A stretch of 64,000 nucleotides of DNA, taken from assembly GCA_964234715.1 (NCBI GenBank), contig OZ174281.1. The stretch is one strand, 5' to 3'. The stretch comes from Podarcis melisellensis. Taxonomy: Eukaryota. The notes beneath the pieces are model-generated. The model saw only the letters and a program-made list of their open reading frames with translations, was not told the origin of the DNA and did no database searches. The translations under genes were made by a program, and so were the position numbers. Below are positions 21,092 to 35,042 of this stretch, piece by piece; the first letter of the stretch is position 1; every line of letters starts with the position of its first letter.

Positions 21092-23686
21092 GTGAGTTTG
21101 AGTCCTTGGGCTGTGTGTGTGTGTTAAAAAGAGAAAGAGAGAGTATCTCTGCACCTTCCTGGGAGAGAGGGGTCTTGTGAGGAATGTGAATTTCTTATCA
21201 AAAGACTCTTCCCCCCCCAAAAAAAAGAGAGAGTCTCTTAAGGATTCCTGCTGCTCCTCTTTGCTCCTACTCATCTCTCCAGTCTAATCCTCCACTCCTT
21301 GCTTGCTCCAGGCTTTTCTGCTACTGCCCACTGCTCTGGAGCTATGTTTATCCCCCCCCCCCACTTTTGTTTCATTTCATCTTAAATTAAATCATATCCA
21401 AGGCTTGAAGTTTGCTTTCCCCTAGTACATCACTCGATGCTGATGTTTGGAAAAGCAACGCACTGCAGTGGAACTGGCCACTTCAAGCTTTTTAGTTTGA
21501 TCTTCACCCAGTAGTGAACTCTGACCCCAATTAGGATGGCGTTTGCATGTTCCCATTGTAGCTACAAATCTGGCTAAGGTAATGTGCCTGTTGCCCAGCC
21601 CAGTCTCAAAGGACTTTGCTCTGTTTATTTTGTAGGTAGGCCTGCAAGACTTTGTTTGCATAAGATACCCAGGTAACTGGTGTGAGGCCGCACCTGCGTT
21701 AGAGACTGGGGAAGGGTTATTCTAGTTGGGTTGTTAAGACTAGGAAGCATGCAGCTGGTATTAAAAAGTTTACCTTTTCCCTTTTATTTTCTGTCTGCTT
21801 TCAAAAGCTTGCTGGAGCATCAAGGATGTTGATGGGTTGAGATCATGTTCAGCTACATGGTCTTCTCAGAAGTACAGTACACTTCCTGTTCCTGTTCCTT
21901 CAGGTGTTTCCAGTTCTTAAAAGAGAACTGAATGTTACCCTAAGATAGATTTATGAGGAGAGAAATTGAAGTAGCAACGTCCCTCCTCTTAACTCGCACA
22001 AGAGTCAAAAGGAGGGAGGTTGTCACTTGAATGCCCCTCCTTCGAAACCTCTCCCATTAATTAACTCCCATTATTTTCCTGGTGGGTGGTGTTCAGAGGG
22101 CTGCATTTGTTTATTTCTCACCGCAGTCCTTGAGTGGCATGCTCCTCTGCATTTGCCACCTGAGGCAGCTCCTTGCCTTTGCCTTGTGGGTACAGCTGCT
22201 TATGACTGAAAAGGCCCTGCCCGTGTCCTTCAGCCTGGTTCCTACTGTGTTCAAGAGGAGGAAGCGAATCTCCGTGAAGGCGTGGGTGATCCTCAGAAGA
22301 AGAGCGGCTCTCAGCAGTGCCTTCTCTCCCTCAACCACCCGCAGGTTTTGATGCTGCCCCTTCCGGAGGACACTGGGGAGCCCAGCATGGCGCAGAAGAG
22401 TCCATCAGCCCTACCATGCTGTGGCACATTGCACAGAGACAGCTGCAGTGTGGTGCCACGGGGCCTTGTCAGGAAAACAAAGTCTGTGACGGGAGAGTAG
22501 CCAGATAAACCTCCAGGAAAGGGGAAATATAGGAGAGCAAATGAACCTTACATGAGAATAAATACTCTCCCCCAACACAAATGCTGCAAACCTGGCTGCT
22601 GGTTGCTGTGAGCTGTTTCAAAGGCTCCTCTGTTCTCTCATCAGCTCTGGGCTCCACAGGAGGGGGGAGGGAGAGGATTCGGGCAGCTAATGCTAATAAC
22701 ACAGATGTTCTGACAATTCTCTCCTTCCTACAATTAAAAACAAAAGGCACTGAAAAACAAACATGAGGAAATGAGCAACATGAAAGACTCTAGGCTTTTC
22801 CCCTCTTCCCCCATACAGTATTGCTCCTGCAAACAAATACAAGGCCAAACAAAGATGGGTGTCTCTGTGTGGCAGCCTGGGCACCATTGCTAGATCTGAG
22901 CGCAATGTTGATTTTTCAAGCCAGGTTCTAACAGTATCTAGGGCACACTTGGGGAGATGTCCTGCTGATATGAGGACCGCCTGGGCTGCTTTTAAGAATT
23001 TACAGTACCAAATGGGTGGGCAGAAAGGAACCACTGTTTGGGGAGGGGGCACCAGCTCACACTAAGGGGGGGGGTAGACATGAAATAGACAATGTTATGG
23101 TGGTGGTTCAAAGACACAGTGCTAATTCCTGGGTGTTGATTGTGATGACAATCTCAGAGTTGTCATGCTGATCGGCAAGTAGAGGCAGGAAGTGTGCCAG
23201 TTTGGGGTCCTGAGATAGAATGTATTTGCTGATATTCTTGTATGATATTCACATGGATTTGGGGTGTGGCATCATCCTGAGTCCAGGTTATAGTCAGAAG
23301 GGTGCCAGACACTGTGAGACCTTGGGCTGGGGTTGTCAGGAGAGAAGGTTTGGCATGGATTTGGGGTGGTGGGTTTTTTGTTTGTTTGTTTCTGTTTTTT
23401 GCAGCATCACTCACATATTGGAGTGGCACCAGGAAGGAGCTCTTGTGTAGGTGTGATTCCTGTCGCACAGGGCTTTTCGCGGAGGCCATGATGTATGCTC
23501 TTCCCTGGAAAGCTTTCTCTCTCTCTCTCTCTTTCCTCTTGCCTGTAGGATACATGCTGCCAAATTATCAAGAGGTTGTTTTTATTACTGTTTTAACTCT
23601 TTCTTTAACCTTGTTTTTCTCTCTGCTGCACTTTCACTCACTCATTAATTTTGGTATTTTTCTCACGGTATATAACCCCTGTCACG

Positions 23687-23700
23687 GCTGCCATGGCAAC
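23687..23700. promoter_or_regulatory. RFX X-box-like motif next to a TATA-like element
   Basis: gctgccatggcaac preceded by tatataa at ~23669. Confidence 0.35.
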
Positions 23701-26559
23701 AGGAGGGAATGCGTTCAGCGCTAAAATATCCTCTCAAAAATAACAAAAATAAGAAAACACAGGCAGCTTGTGTCAGCCGCTGCAAATGCCAGTTTGATGC
23801 AGACCTTGCGGTGATGGGAGGAAGAGGAAGGGGCTGTGAGCTAGAGGAGAATTCCCATTATTAGCCCAAGGCCCCTCAAGTCGTGGTCTTGTCTGAAGAT
23901 TACCAGATGCAGATGGCTGCACCCACTGAACGAGAACCCTCTGAGTGGATGTTGCCCTTTCCCGCTCCCTTTGATGTCAGTTTTCCTTCCTGACTGTTGA
24001 TTCCCCTGTTCCTTGAGAAGCAAGTCCCAGAAGGAAATCTGGAAGAGAGGGAAATATTGGCTGCTAACGGTTACATCACTGGTTTGCTTATGTCTTTCAG
24101 ATTCCCCCCTATGAGCCTAGTATTCCAAAAGAAGATGCCAATCCTTTTTAAATATTCCCTGTACAGTACAGGGTGCTTCTTCGGCACCCTGAGATCTGCT
24201 TCGTCCTGCTGCTTCCACCCATTCAGCCTGCCAGCTCCCTCTCCTTCGGGTCCTAATTCGTTACCTTGGCCTTTGGAGTCCACACAGAATGCAGAGCGTG
24301 GACCAAGAGGAGGACGGAAGGGACCACTGCCCCAGGGGAAGGGAATGGCCCAAATTGCTCAGCTCATTTTTCCTTCACCACATAATACTTCATACCAAAA
24401 TCTAATAAAACAAGGGATGTTTTTATTGGAGACATTTACATGGGGGGAAAAGGAACACAAACATCTGAGCCGTGATGGCTATTCTTCCTCCATGGTTGGA
24501 GGCAATGGATGGAACACCACAGCTGGTACCAGATAATACCTGCTGCATACCTTCATTTCTATGGCGCTCTGCAGAGAACAGGACCTTCCATGTATGCAGT
24601 TCTTGGTAGACCACAAGGGAGGCCTCACAGCAGTCCTAGCAGCAGGGTGCTGAGTGCTCCCAGCTGTTCCTCAGTGTGGTGGACAACCAACTTGTTCTAG
24701 TCAGGATCCTGCACCTTTGCAAGTTCCATGAGAGGCAGTTCTATAACAGGCAAAGAGATATGCAGAACAGAGATGGAGTCACAGGCAATGTGACCCTCCT
24801 GTCCTGCTGTTGGCCATGCAGCTGTCAAAGGCGGAAGAGCCCTACTGGAGCAACCACTTGGCAAACCCATACGCATGTTGCAGAAACCCCCTCCCCATCC
24901 CTGGTGCTGTTCAATAAAAGTTTGCATCTTTGTCACAGTGAGTGAGCAAATAAGGAGTCCATGCCCCCCCTCTTCGTGGTAATTCATTGTTGCTACAGAT
25001 GAGTGCAATGGGACACTGACAGAAAGGGGAACCAGGGACTCAATTGCTACTGCAGGTGTCGCTGTTAGTAGCTCCTCTACTGTGGGTATGGGTGCTTCGT
25101 TCTGTGTTTCTTGGAGAGGTACGGAATACATTCTACCAACACTGCAACAGTGCAAATGGTCTGCTTGAATAGCAGAACCATAAGGCTGCCCAGTATATCT
25201 TGAGAACTATGATACATTTAGATTTCCAATGCCATCTCTAACCCTGAGGCCCTGCTTTGGGCAAGAACACAGGTAAGATTCCTCCATTAACTTAACCCAT
25301 GTTTTATAGACAGTTGCATTTTGCATGGTTAGAGCACGTTCCTGGTAAGCAGTAATCCATGGGATACTGCTCTGGGGATGATAACAACCCTAGTCCACCT
25401 TACAAGAAACTTGTAAGGATTCTTGAGTGATTCTTGAAACACAGGGAGTACTTAATTGTTAATATACTACCAAGAACCAGAGTGACATGTGATAATGAGG
25501 TAGTGTCTTCCATCCCTACAGCAGCCTCCACCGTGGCAAGCAATGGGGATTACAGTTATAAGTGGAAAGGCTTTTTAAAAATTATTATTAACCTGCTTCA
25601 GCCTTAGGTAGCCCTAAATCAAGAACCCCTCAGTGGTGTTTACTTATGTGCAGAGATGCTCAAATAGGCAATCTTTCTGGGGTGGCCACTGTATTGGAAA
25701 GGCTTGCGTTGGCATGATATTTGGAGGTATTCTTGTTTGAAAAAAGCAAGTTACCAATGCAGTAGAGTCCGCTTCTTAAATTTCTAGGTATCTGGTCTGC
25801 TGTGTTCTAATGTAGCCTTATACCAATGGATGAATCCAGTTTACCATACTTCTCAGTAACAAAACACGTAGCTGCTTCCCAGCCAGCAAGGTCACATAGA
25901 TTAATAAGGTGGCATTGTGGAATGATTTGGGGCCCTGGAAGGATAGGGGTTTATTTATTAATATAAGCCATGCTCTTTAGGGTTGCTAACCATGAAATAA
26001 TATCCAGCTTTCCTGCCAGTTTAGTTTCATTTAACCTGTGAGGTACTCGTTTATTTTGAATTTGTAAATAAAGCAGGATATTAAAATAATGCTAATTGCA
26101 ATGCTCATTAAGAAGAGCAAATTATGCAAAGTGTAATGTAATGTAATTGGGTTAATCAATTTATCTTCAGCCCATAACTATTGTTATACGACAGAGGGGT
26201 TGCTTTGGTTGACTTCAGTGGATGCCAATCAAGCCTGTGATGTTATCTCTGCAGGACTACAGTCTGTGGTAGAAGGAGCTGCTGAACTGGTCAAACCAGT
26301 TTCTTTATTATGTTTATGTCCCTGGGATGGGCCTGTATGCACTCCATTTACATGCCTTAAGAGCTGGAAAAGGACAGGTGTGCCACCACTGCAACAACTG
26401 GTTGGTGGTGCTATTTCAGGAGGGGGTAGGCCTCCCCCTTCACTCTGCTAGAGGCTACATCATCTAGGAGAACAAAAGGCCAACAGCTGGTCTTCCATTT
26501 AGTTTGAGTTGAAGCTGCAGAGATACACAGAGGCTTGTTTTGCTCTCTGTGCTGAATCC

Positions 26560-26795
26560 AAAATTATGGTTTTGGGGACATACCTATACATTGAACGGGG
26601 AAGCCAGAGCTGTTGGAGAGTTCATGCTGTAAGCTTTTCCATCCTATCCTCATGTTGTATATATGTGTGAATCAAATCACAAATCCTAACCACATTACAG
26701 TCTCCAGTGATCTTCATTCCAAGGAAACAGAACCCTGGGTGAGAACTGGAACGGCTGGAGTCTCGTACCACTCAGAGATTGGGGTGCAAGCAACA
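26560..26795 (+). mobile_element. Degenerate LTR 3' part related to the 29462 and 56416 solo LTRs
   Basis: Shared cattccaaggaaa...ctcagagattgggg...gcaaca end; 5' boundary uncertain. Confidence 0.6.
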
Positions 26796-27403
26796 GCATT
26801 CTCAGGATTTCTCAAAGTTAAAAATTAATCCATTCACATGTTTGCGTGTGAAGGGGACAATAGTCATAAAAGAGTATGTGGAACCTTTGGAAGTGGGTTC
26901 TAGTATATAAAAAGAGACTAGCCAATAGAAGCAAGATGGACAGGAACAGAATGCTAGGAGTGAGGAGGGAGATTTCCCCCAACCGTTCTAAGGCATGAGC
27001 TGAATAATGGCCTTGGTTCTAACTTAAAATATGTGAATATGTGACAATTCTCTGGCAAGCAAAGGCATTCTTGGCACCCTCTTCCCCTGCTGTCAAACTC
27101 CTTGTGTCACACACATGAGTCACACATGATCCCAGACGAGTGAGCAAATGTCAGCCCTTGTAATAAGTTTTGTGCTTACATGATGCTCAAAGCCAATGGG
27201 TTTCAAACATAGATTCTGTGTGTAGCCTTTGGCAAGTCTCAGCCTCAATTGCCCACTTGAAGAATGGAATTATTTGTTGGTATCTCTATTGTTATACATT
27301 TATGAGCCGCTTGTTCTGTTTGCAACTCTCAAAGTGACTTGCAGTCAATTAAAATAGACCTTAAAACCATGCAGTTAGTTAAAGTGATTTTACATAACTT
27401 GAC

Positions 27404-27528
27404 TGCTGGGATAGCTCAGTCAGCAGAGCATGAGATTCTTAAGGTTGTGAGTTTGAGCCCCACATCGGGCAAAGATTTCCCTGCATTTCAGGGGGTTGGA
27501 CTACATGTCCCATGTGGTCCCTTCCAGT
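27404..27528 (+). mobile_element. tRNA-Lys-derived SINE with CR1 3' tail
   Basis: Head gatagctcagtcagcagagcatgagattcttaa..gtttgagccccac resembles tRNA-Lys(CTT); tail cagggggttggact..gtggtcccttcca matches the CR1 3' end at 7860-7900. Confidence 0.75.
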
Positions 27529-27731
27529 GGTTTGAAAGCAATAGATGTAAGGGAGAAGAAAGGCATTAAACTGCCAGAATGGCTAACTAGCTAAAACCCA
27601 GGAAATGTTTACTTGGGGGTCAAGGTACAAGAAGGGCAGCTTCACATATAATGCTGATCTCAATCTGACCCTCAAAATTCATCAGAGGCAGTGAATTGGG
27701 GGGGGGGGAATCAATTTTGGTGATTTTAAAG

Positions 27732-27914
27732 NNNNNNNNNNNNNNNNNNNNNNNNNNNNNNNNNNNNNNNNNNNNNNNNNNNNNNNNNNNNNNNNNNNNN
27801 NNNNNNNNNNNNNNNNNNNNNNNNNNNNNNNNNNNNNNNNNNNNNNNNNNNNNNNNNNNNNNNNNNNNNNNNNNNNNNNNNNNNNNNNNNNNNNNNNNNN
27901 NNNNNNNNNNNNNN
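27732..27914. other. Assembly gap (183 N)
   Basis: Run of N. Confidence 1.
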
Positions 27915-29461
27915 GTGGCCATGCAGCTGTCCAAAGTGGTGGCTGTGGGCTGGTGTCCACCATTTAGTTTTTGCCCTAATGCCCAAGATGTAGTTTCAGC
28001 CCAAGGCACCTGGACTGGGGAAGCCACTACACAGGCATACAAAGACAGCTGCTATTGGTGGTAGAAAGTTTGTTTGTTTGTTTGTTTATTTATTTCTGCC
28101 TGCTGCTGCATCATCATCATCATCATCAGGAAGGAGTCACTTAGTGAAAGAGACCCCTTGCTGGCCACCATTGATCTTAAGAAATCCACAATAAATCCCT
28201 AGTTCTCCCACCCAGATTTGTGAGCCAAATGTCCTTGAGTCTGTCCACTTATAGCCATGCGAAACCCCTCTCAGCAGAAAGCAATACATGGGCACAGGCT
28301 TCAGTTGGCCAGGCTAAAGGGCTGGATGGCGGAAGGGAGGGAATGGCTTCCTGCCTTCATCCTTTCAACTCCTGCCATGCATTTGGGGCCATTGCAGGAC
28401 CTGAATTTGCTAACCGCTTCAGCTCTGAACCCATCAGAAGTATGTAGCATGTTGGAATCAGGGTTGCATTCATCCTCTGAGCTCAAGAAAAGGCCACCAC
28501 CATAGAGTTGAAACCAAAATGGAGCAACAGCAGCAGTTCTTAATAGCACAGCAGCGAATTCCTCCCACAATTAATAACCAGTAGATCTGCAAAATTGTAA
28601 CAGGATTCATGAGTTTCAACTGAAAATTCAAAGCACATTACAAAGAATTTGTGTGACAAACTGCTCATGATTCCAGTACCAGCCATGTTCCGCCTGCATA
28701 TGCCAAAGCAGACAGGCAGGTGGTGAAAAATGGTTTCTGGTTTAGTGAAGTGGTGTGTCAGTTTGTGTGTTTTTTCCCCTGCTGGATGGGAGGGTACTAT
28801 TTGAATTTTCAGTTAAGGTGCAAAAAATTGGTCAATCCTGCCAAAGAAACAGGTGGTTGTTGTTGTTTAGTAAACTCCTGCACACAGTATTTGCTCTCTG
28901 CAGTCATCTTGATCATGAAAAATGCATAACAAACTCTCTCTCTCTCCTCCCATCTCTCTCTCATTGCTCTGTGCACCGGATCTTCTCCAGTATAGCATCT
29001 TTGAATCCCATTAGTCTAGGTATTTACTCTATCTCTAAGATCACTAGGGAAAGGTGTTTAAATAAGATCACCGCAGTTCACAAACAGATACCGCCTCATT
29101 CTCTGAAATGCTGACACCTCTCATTATCTTTTATTCAAGATGTTCAGCCAGCTTTCTGTCCAATTGACAGCAATGCATCCATGCCAATGGATTTAATTTT
29201 GTGAGGAGGACTTAATGAGACAGAGCATTAAATTTCTTAAAGGACGTCTAAAGAGGAACATCCTACTGCATTCCTTTCCTCAGCCAATCAGGCTCAAATG
29301 CTTCTTTAGTTTGCTGTTTCATAAAAACAGTAAAGATTATTCTTACTTCCATTTAAATTGGAACTTCTCAAAAAGATCAGGTCTGTTCTGCTCATAGTTC
29401 TGATGCTGCTATTTGATGATTCATGATGCATAGGGTTCTGAGTTTGAGGGGCTTGTCTTTA

Positions 29462-29922
29462 TGATGCCTGAACCTCTTACCATCCCTGGAGAGCTGGACC
29501 CAGCAAGGGTTAAACTCTCAAGGAGGATCCCATTGTTGGACTGAGAGAATGCCCATAGTTACCATCTAAGTATGGTCATTAGACTGACAAGGGAAGCTGC
29601 TCTGAGCCAGAGGGCAAATGACCTTCTTCACCTGGCTGATATAAAGAAAGATAAGGGCAGAGAGCTGAGCTGGAAGGAGGCAAAAGCTAGGAGTCCAGAT
29701 TTCAGCTGGAATCCAAGGCTGTGCAGGTGGGAGAGGCAAGATGTTCTGGGGTGTTGTAAGCCCCTCCATCATATGATCACGTTATACATTTGTGTAAATA
29801 AACCACATATCATAAAGATGCCACAGTCTCTGCTCTCCCTCATTCCAAGGAAATGGAACCCTGGATTAGCGCCGGGAACCCCTGGACTCACACACTGCTC
29901 AGAGGTTGGGGGGCATGCAACA
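29462..29922 (+). mobile_element. Solo LTR
   Basis: TG...CA ends (tgatgc / gcaaca), TATA-like gatataaag, AATAAA at ~29797; homologous to 56416-57251. Confidence 0.75.
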
Positions 29923-29934
29923 ACACTCGCATAG

Positions 29935-30288
29935 GTAAAAGGTAAAGGGACCCCTGACCATTAGGTTCAGTCGTGGCCGACTCTGGGGTAACAGCGCTCA
30001 TCTCGCTTTATTGGCCGAGGGAGCCGGCGTACAGCTTCCGGGTCATGTGGCCAGCAGGACTAAGCCGCTTCTGGCGAACCAGAGCAGCGCACGGAAATGC
30101 CGTTTACCTTCCCGCCAGAGTGTTACCTATTTATCTACTTGTACTTTGAAGTGCTTTTGAACTGCTAGGTTGGCAGAAGCTGGGACCGAGCAACGGGAGC
30201 TCACCCCATTGTGGGGATTCGAACCGCCGACCTTCTGATCGGCAAGTCCTAGGCTCTGTGGTTTAACCCACAGCGCCACCCGCATCCC
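29935..30288 (-). mobile_element. Sauria/Squam1 SINE, full length
   Basis: tRNA-like head, conserved core, (ACCTTT)n tail; 13-bp TSD aacactc(g/a)catag. Confidence 0.95.
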
Positions 30289-31661
30289 AACACTCACATA
30301 GTAGCAGCCTTATTCCAGACCATGACACAGCTTCCATGCTAGTCCCACCCAAAGCCCAGGTGCAACTCCAGCAACAGAGACACTGTATTCTTGTCTCAAC
30401 TAGGGCCTAACCCTGCCCTGGACATTCTGTGTCTGAGGCAAAAAATGCAAAACATCCGCATTTTTTGATCATAGTACACAGTATGGCTGCCCTTGCAGAT
30501 TGTCCAGAAGGTGTGCTTGCTGTTTGGAGCTAACCAGTACCAACATATCACAGCTTTGTCTAAGCTGCTGGACTAGTGGATTATCTGCTACCAGACCAAG
30601 TTCTTAAGAAGTCCTAAATAGGTGTGGACCAAGTTACTCAAGAGACGGCCTCTCCCTTACACCTCTGCCTGGGTGAGGCCTTCCCTGAGGCAGCCCCTAA
30701 GTGCAGAATTTCCTCCCTGCAGAAGTGTCTCCAGCAGTTTCATTAAGCTGCCATTTCTCCATCTTTTCCACACAGCAGACTTACACTTCCTTGTTTTGCC
30801 TCTAGCTCTGAACACAGTCGAAAATCCCTTATTGTGATTTTTTTTACCTATCTCGAAAGCCTAAGCTCATTCTGAGCTTTAAGCCCCCCTGACACTCCTT
30901 CTGTTTCCTATACATGTCCCTTTAAAATATGAGATCATCAGAAAGCTCCTTTTGCACCCACCCAAGTTTTCTTGCTCTGCAGTTGTTGGCTATTGTGCTT
31001 TCAACATCCTACTTCTAACAACCTCCCAAGGCTAACAGATTTATTATGGCACAAGGTTTTGAGGACTACAGTCCACTTCATCGCTGCATTGAAGTGTTAT
31101 CCTGAGTTACAGGCATACATACACAGGGTTGTAAGCAGCAAGACCAGAGGGAACTGAAACGCAGAAAAGTACAGAAAGTGATAATTACGGTACGTAAACA
31201 TCAGTGGCAATTCACAAAGCAGCTTTTGATAATACAGACATTCCAGCATTGGTCAGCTAATTAACATATGAAGGATCTTGGAAAATTATTTGTCTCAATT
31301 CAATCCAAAAGTAATTGCACTGAACATCTTGTTCAGTTGTAATACAGAGGTTTCATGTTTAAGGTTCGTTTGCTCCTGGATGGCCACTTTAAGGTCATTT
31401 ATAGAGTGTTCTCAGAGGTTGAAATGTTTGCTCACTAGCTTTGGAAAATAGTCGTTTCTGATTTGTGTCTATTTATTACCGGTATTTCGCACAGAGACCA
31501 GTCTGTTTGTCTTAAGTAGAATGCAGAAGGGCATTGCTTGCAGATGATGGGCTTTATCATATTCAAAGAGAGGCAAGTAAAGGAACACTTGACGTTGTGG
31601 ATGAAATTATTAGGTCCTATACTGAGACAATCAATTTCTAGCACAATACCTGTGTTAATTA

Positions 31662-32032
31662 GGGACACGGGTGGCACTGTGGGTTACACCACTGTGTTGC
31701 TTGGGCTTGCCGATTGAAAGGTTGGCAGCTCAAATCCCCACGATGGGGTGAGCTCCCGTTGTTCGATCCCTGCTCCTGCCAGCCTATCAGTTCGAAAGCA
31801 CTTCAAAGTGCAAGTAGATAAATAGGTACCACTCCGGCCGGAAGGTAAATGGCGTTTCTTTGTGCTGCTCTGGTTCGCCAGAAGTGGCTTAGTCATGCTG
31901 GCCACAGGACCCGGAAAAACTGTCTGCGGAAGCGGACAAATGCCGGCTCCCTTGGCATGTAAAGCGAGATGAGCACCGCAACCCCAGAGTTGTTTGAGAA
32001 TGGACTTAATTGTCAGGGGTCCCTCTACCTTT
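31662..32032 (+). mobile_element. Sauria/Squam1 SINE, full length
   Basis: gggacacgggtggcactgtggg head; TSD acctgtgttaatt. Confidence 0.95.
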
Positions 32033-32865
32033 ACCTGTGTTAATTGGTTTACCAATGCCAGGATGTTTGTGTCATCAACAACTGTGTTGTGATTTGTCAC
32101 TGTTATTTGCTTAATTATCACTGTCTGTGGATTTCATTTCCCTCTGACCTCACTATTTACAATCCCACCCTCTGGAAAAAAAAGTGTGTCTATTATTGTA
32201 ACTGTAACTCAAACAACACTTTGTACTACACTGTAGTCCATGAAAGCTTTTGCCATCAAACACTTGTTAGGCCTCAAGATGCCACAAAACTCTTTGTTCT
32301 TTTTCTTGAATCTAAATACCCTTGGGGGGTGTACCGGCAACAGTAGCTGGAGGAAACGTTTCCTTAGACCCTAGTGGCATCCTTGGAAAGGAGAGCAAGC
32401 AAATTGGAGCGTTGCTGTTGCTGCCACCACTAACCGAGCTCACAATCTCAGAGACTGTCTGGAGCTATTGGACAAGTCATTGCAGAATCATGCTTTATTA
32501 TAAGTCTGAACAGGAGCAAGTACAGCATTAAGCAAGGATCAGCCCATAAGGATTAATTCAACACAGCGCTGGGGGATCAAAAACAGCAGGGGAGTGAAGC
32601 AGCAAATGATGTTTAGGACAGAGAGGCCAAAGGCACAAAATCAGACACACAGCCACAGGGCGCATGCAGACAGGAGAGATCTTCTGCTCCAGGGCAGAAG
32701 AAGAGAAGGAACAAGGGAGGAGCTGAGGAAACGAGGGTTGTGCACAAGAGTCTAAGCAGCACCTGGAGTAAAAATGGAAACTCCCAAACAATTGCATGAA
32801 TTCAGACCATTGTATTAATGGACCTTTGACAACTGAACTCCATCAACAGCAGTTTGAGACAAAGA

Positions 32866-33001
32866 GACCTAGTGTGGCACAGTGGTTAGAGTCTTGGTCT
32901 TAAAGGAGGGAGGCCTAACTTCAGATCTGTGAAGCTTTTGGTACAACATTGAACCAGCCACTACCTTTCTGCCTAATTTGCCTCACAGGGTAGTTGCAAG
33001 G
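32866..33001 (+). mobile_element. Old MIR/Squam3-like SINE remnant
   Basis: agtgtggcacagtggttagag head and cctcacagggtagttg tail. Confidence 0.55.
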
Positions 33002-34677
33002 CAGGCACAGCAATCAAAAACACAGGAAGTCAGCACAATTTAGGCTGCCCTGTCCCACCACCAGAGGTGGCAAGTTCCATTTTGCCACCTGAGGTGCGTG
33101 CCCCACACCCCTGCCAAAGCCTCCCTTACCTGAGTCGTGTGGTGGCACCCATGAAGCAGTCAACAACTGGCCATGAAGTTGTAACTGTAAGTGACACCCT
33201 TTTAACATTGGGGAGGGGGTTGCTGGTACTGTATACCCTTGAATACCCCCAGAAAAAAAGCACTGACTATTTACAGTCTGTTATAAAGTACATGACTTTG
33301 GCTTTTTTAAAAACAGCATCCTCCCAGTAGTAGGACTAGGGAGGACTTGAAGAACCTGTCCTAGCCAGAAGAGTTAGTACTGGGCTAGACACTCTAGCTC
33401 CATATAGAAGTGCCACCCTGTCCCCTCAGGGTCACAGGGGGTGGGGAGCCAGGGCTCTGGCCGGCTTTCTTGGATTTTGATGCCTCATCATCAGACGGCA
33501 GTACCTGGTTCCCACATGCAGCAGCTGTCATCAATGACAGAGAAGCTCTTTTCCTTTCCAAGATGACCATATCCTGTCCTGATGGAAGACTGAAGTCTTG
33601 GCCGCAGTCTGTCGGCCTCCCCCAGTGATTCCAATGATCACCCTCTCACTGGGGAAGTGTCCAGTTGCCCTTTGCTCTCACAGCACGACCAGAAGTCTAC
33701 CTATTGTGACTCCTTGCCTGAAAGGACCCTCTTCCTTCTCCCCCAGCCCTGGTTCGGGTTGAGTTTGAGCCCGCCATCATGACGCCAACTCAGCCTACGA
33801 AGCGCAGCCAGAAGCGGTTTCCGCACACAGTTATGCAGTAATATCCAAATCTGCTTACTGTCTGCCACTGTGATTGAAGAAGTTTCTGCAATAATGTATT
33901 AGCTAAAGCTTCCAGATTATCCCCGAAACATCAGCTTTAACAAAAGGGTAATGCCTCTTTAATCCCTGCATGATCCAGGTTCCAGTCTCTGCAGGACATT
34001 AATTCACAGCTAATACATGGATTCCCTGACAGTTTGCTTATATGGTTGTACAAGAGGCCCTGGCATGTCCAGTTGTCCCAATTGTAAGCTGCGCCAATGC
34101 CAGCCAAAGTCCTTCCCTCTCTTCTCATCATTTCAAGGTATTAGACACGAATCCTGCAGCCACTGAGAGTGAAAGGGGTCAGTGGGTGGCTGGAACACAC
34201 TTCCCAAACCTTTAGGATGTCAAGACCAAGTGCATGCACAAATTGTGATGCAGGGTTTTAACCACTTTGGCTCAGTGCAGACAGGGATTGGGCATATAGC
34301 ATTATTTATGTTCTCAAAAAATGGGAGTACAGATCCCAAATTCAAGAGCTACATACCCTTGATCATGGCCAGCTGGTTGAGAACAGCAGTCCACAAGTTT
34401 GTAGCTACATTCCTCATGGCAGCATTCATCAAGCCTTCCAGATGTTTCAGAGTGCAACTTTGATCAAGTACAGCTGGGAGCTCAAAACATCCCGTGGGCA
34501 CCAGGTTCGTTATTTATTTATTTTACAAAGTTATAAACTGCTTCACAGACTGAAGCCCGCAAAGTGGTATACCACGTAAAAATGAGATAAAATACAAAAA
34601 ATAAATAATAAAAAGGCAAGCTCTAAAACGATAAAGCACAAAATGACTGGGGAAACTTTCTTAAATAAAAATGTCTT

Positions 34678-35042
34678 GGTAAAGGTAAAGGACCCCTGAC
34701 AGTTAAGTCCAGTCACGAACGACTCTGGAGTTGCGGCGCTCATCTTGTTTTACTGGCCGAGGGAGCTGACGTTTGTCCGCAGACAGTTTTTCCGGGTCCT
34801 GTGGCCAGCATGACTAAGCCACTTCTGGCGAACCAGAGCAGCACACGGAAATGCCGTTTACCATCCTGCCGGAGCAGTACCTATTTATCTACTTGCACTT
34901 TGACGTGCTTTCGAACTGCTAGGTTGGCAGGAGCAGGGACTGAGCAATGGGAGCTCACCCCATCGTGGGGATTCAAACCACTGACCTTCCAATTAGCAAG
35001 CCCTAGGCTCTGTTGTTTAGACCACAGCGCCACCTGCGTCAC
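34678..35042 (-). mobile_element. Sauria/Squam1 SINE inserted into an L2 3' remnant
   Basis: Same core sequence; TSD taaaaatgtctt. Confidence 0.95.

Noticed and set aside
27404-27475. Functional tRNA-Lys gene
   Set aside because: Deleted and mismatched cloverleaf that continues directly into a CR1-like tail, so it is a SINE head
27620-28064. ORFs spanning the N run
   Set aside because: Artefacts of the assembly gap
31684-32121. Recurrent ORFs such as VASMTKPLLANQSS...CFRTARLAGAG
   Set aside because: Spurious translations of Sauria SINE copies, not a gene family
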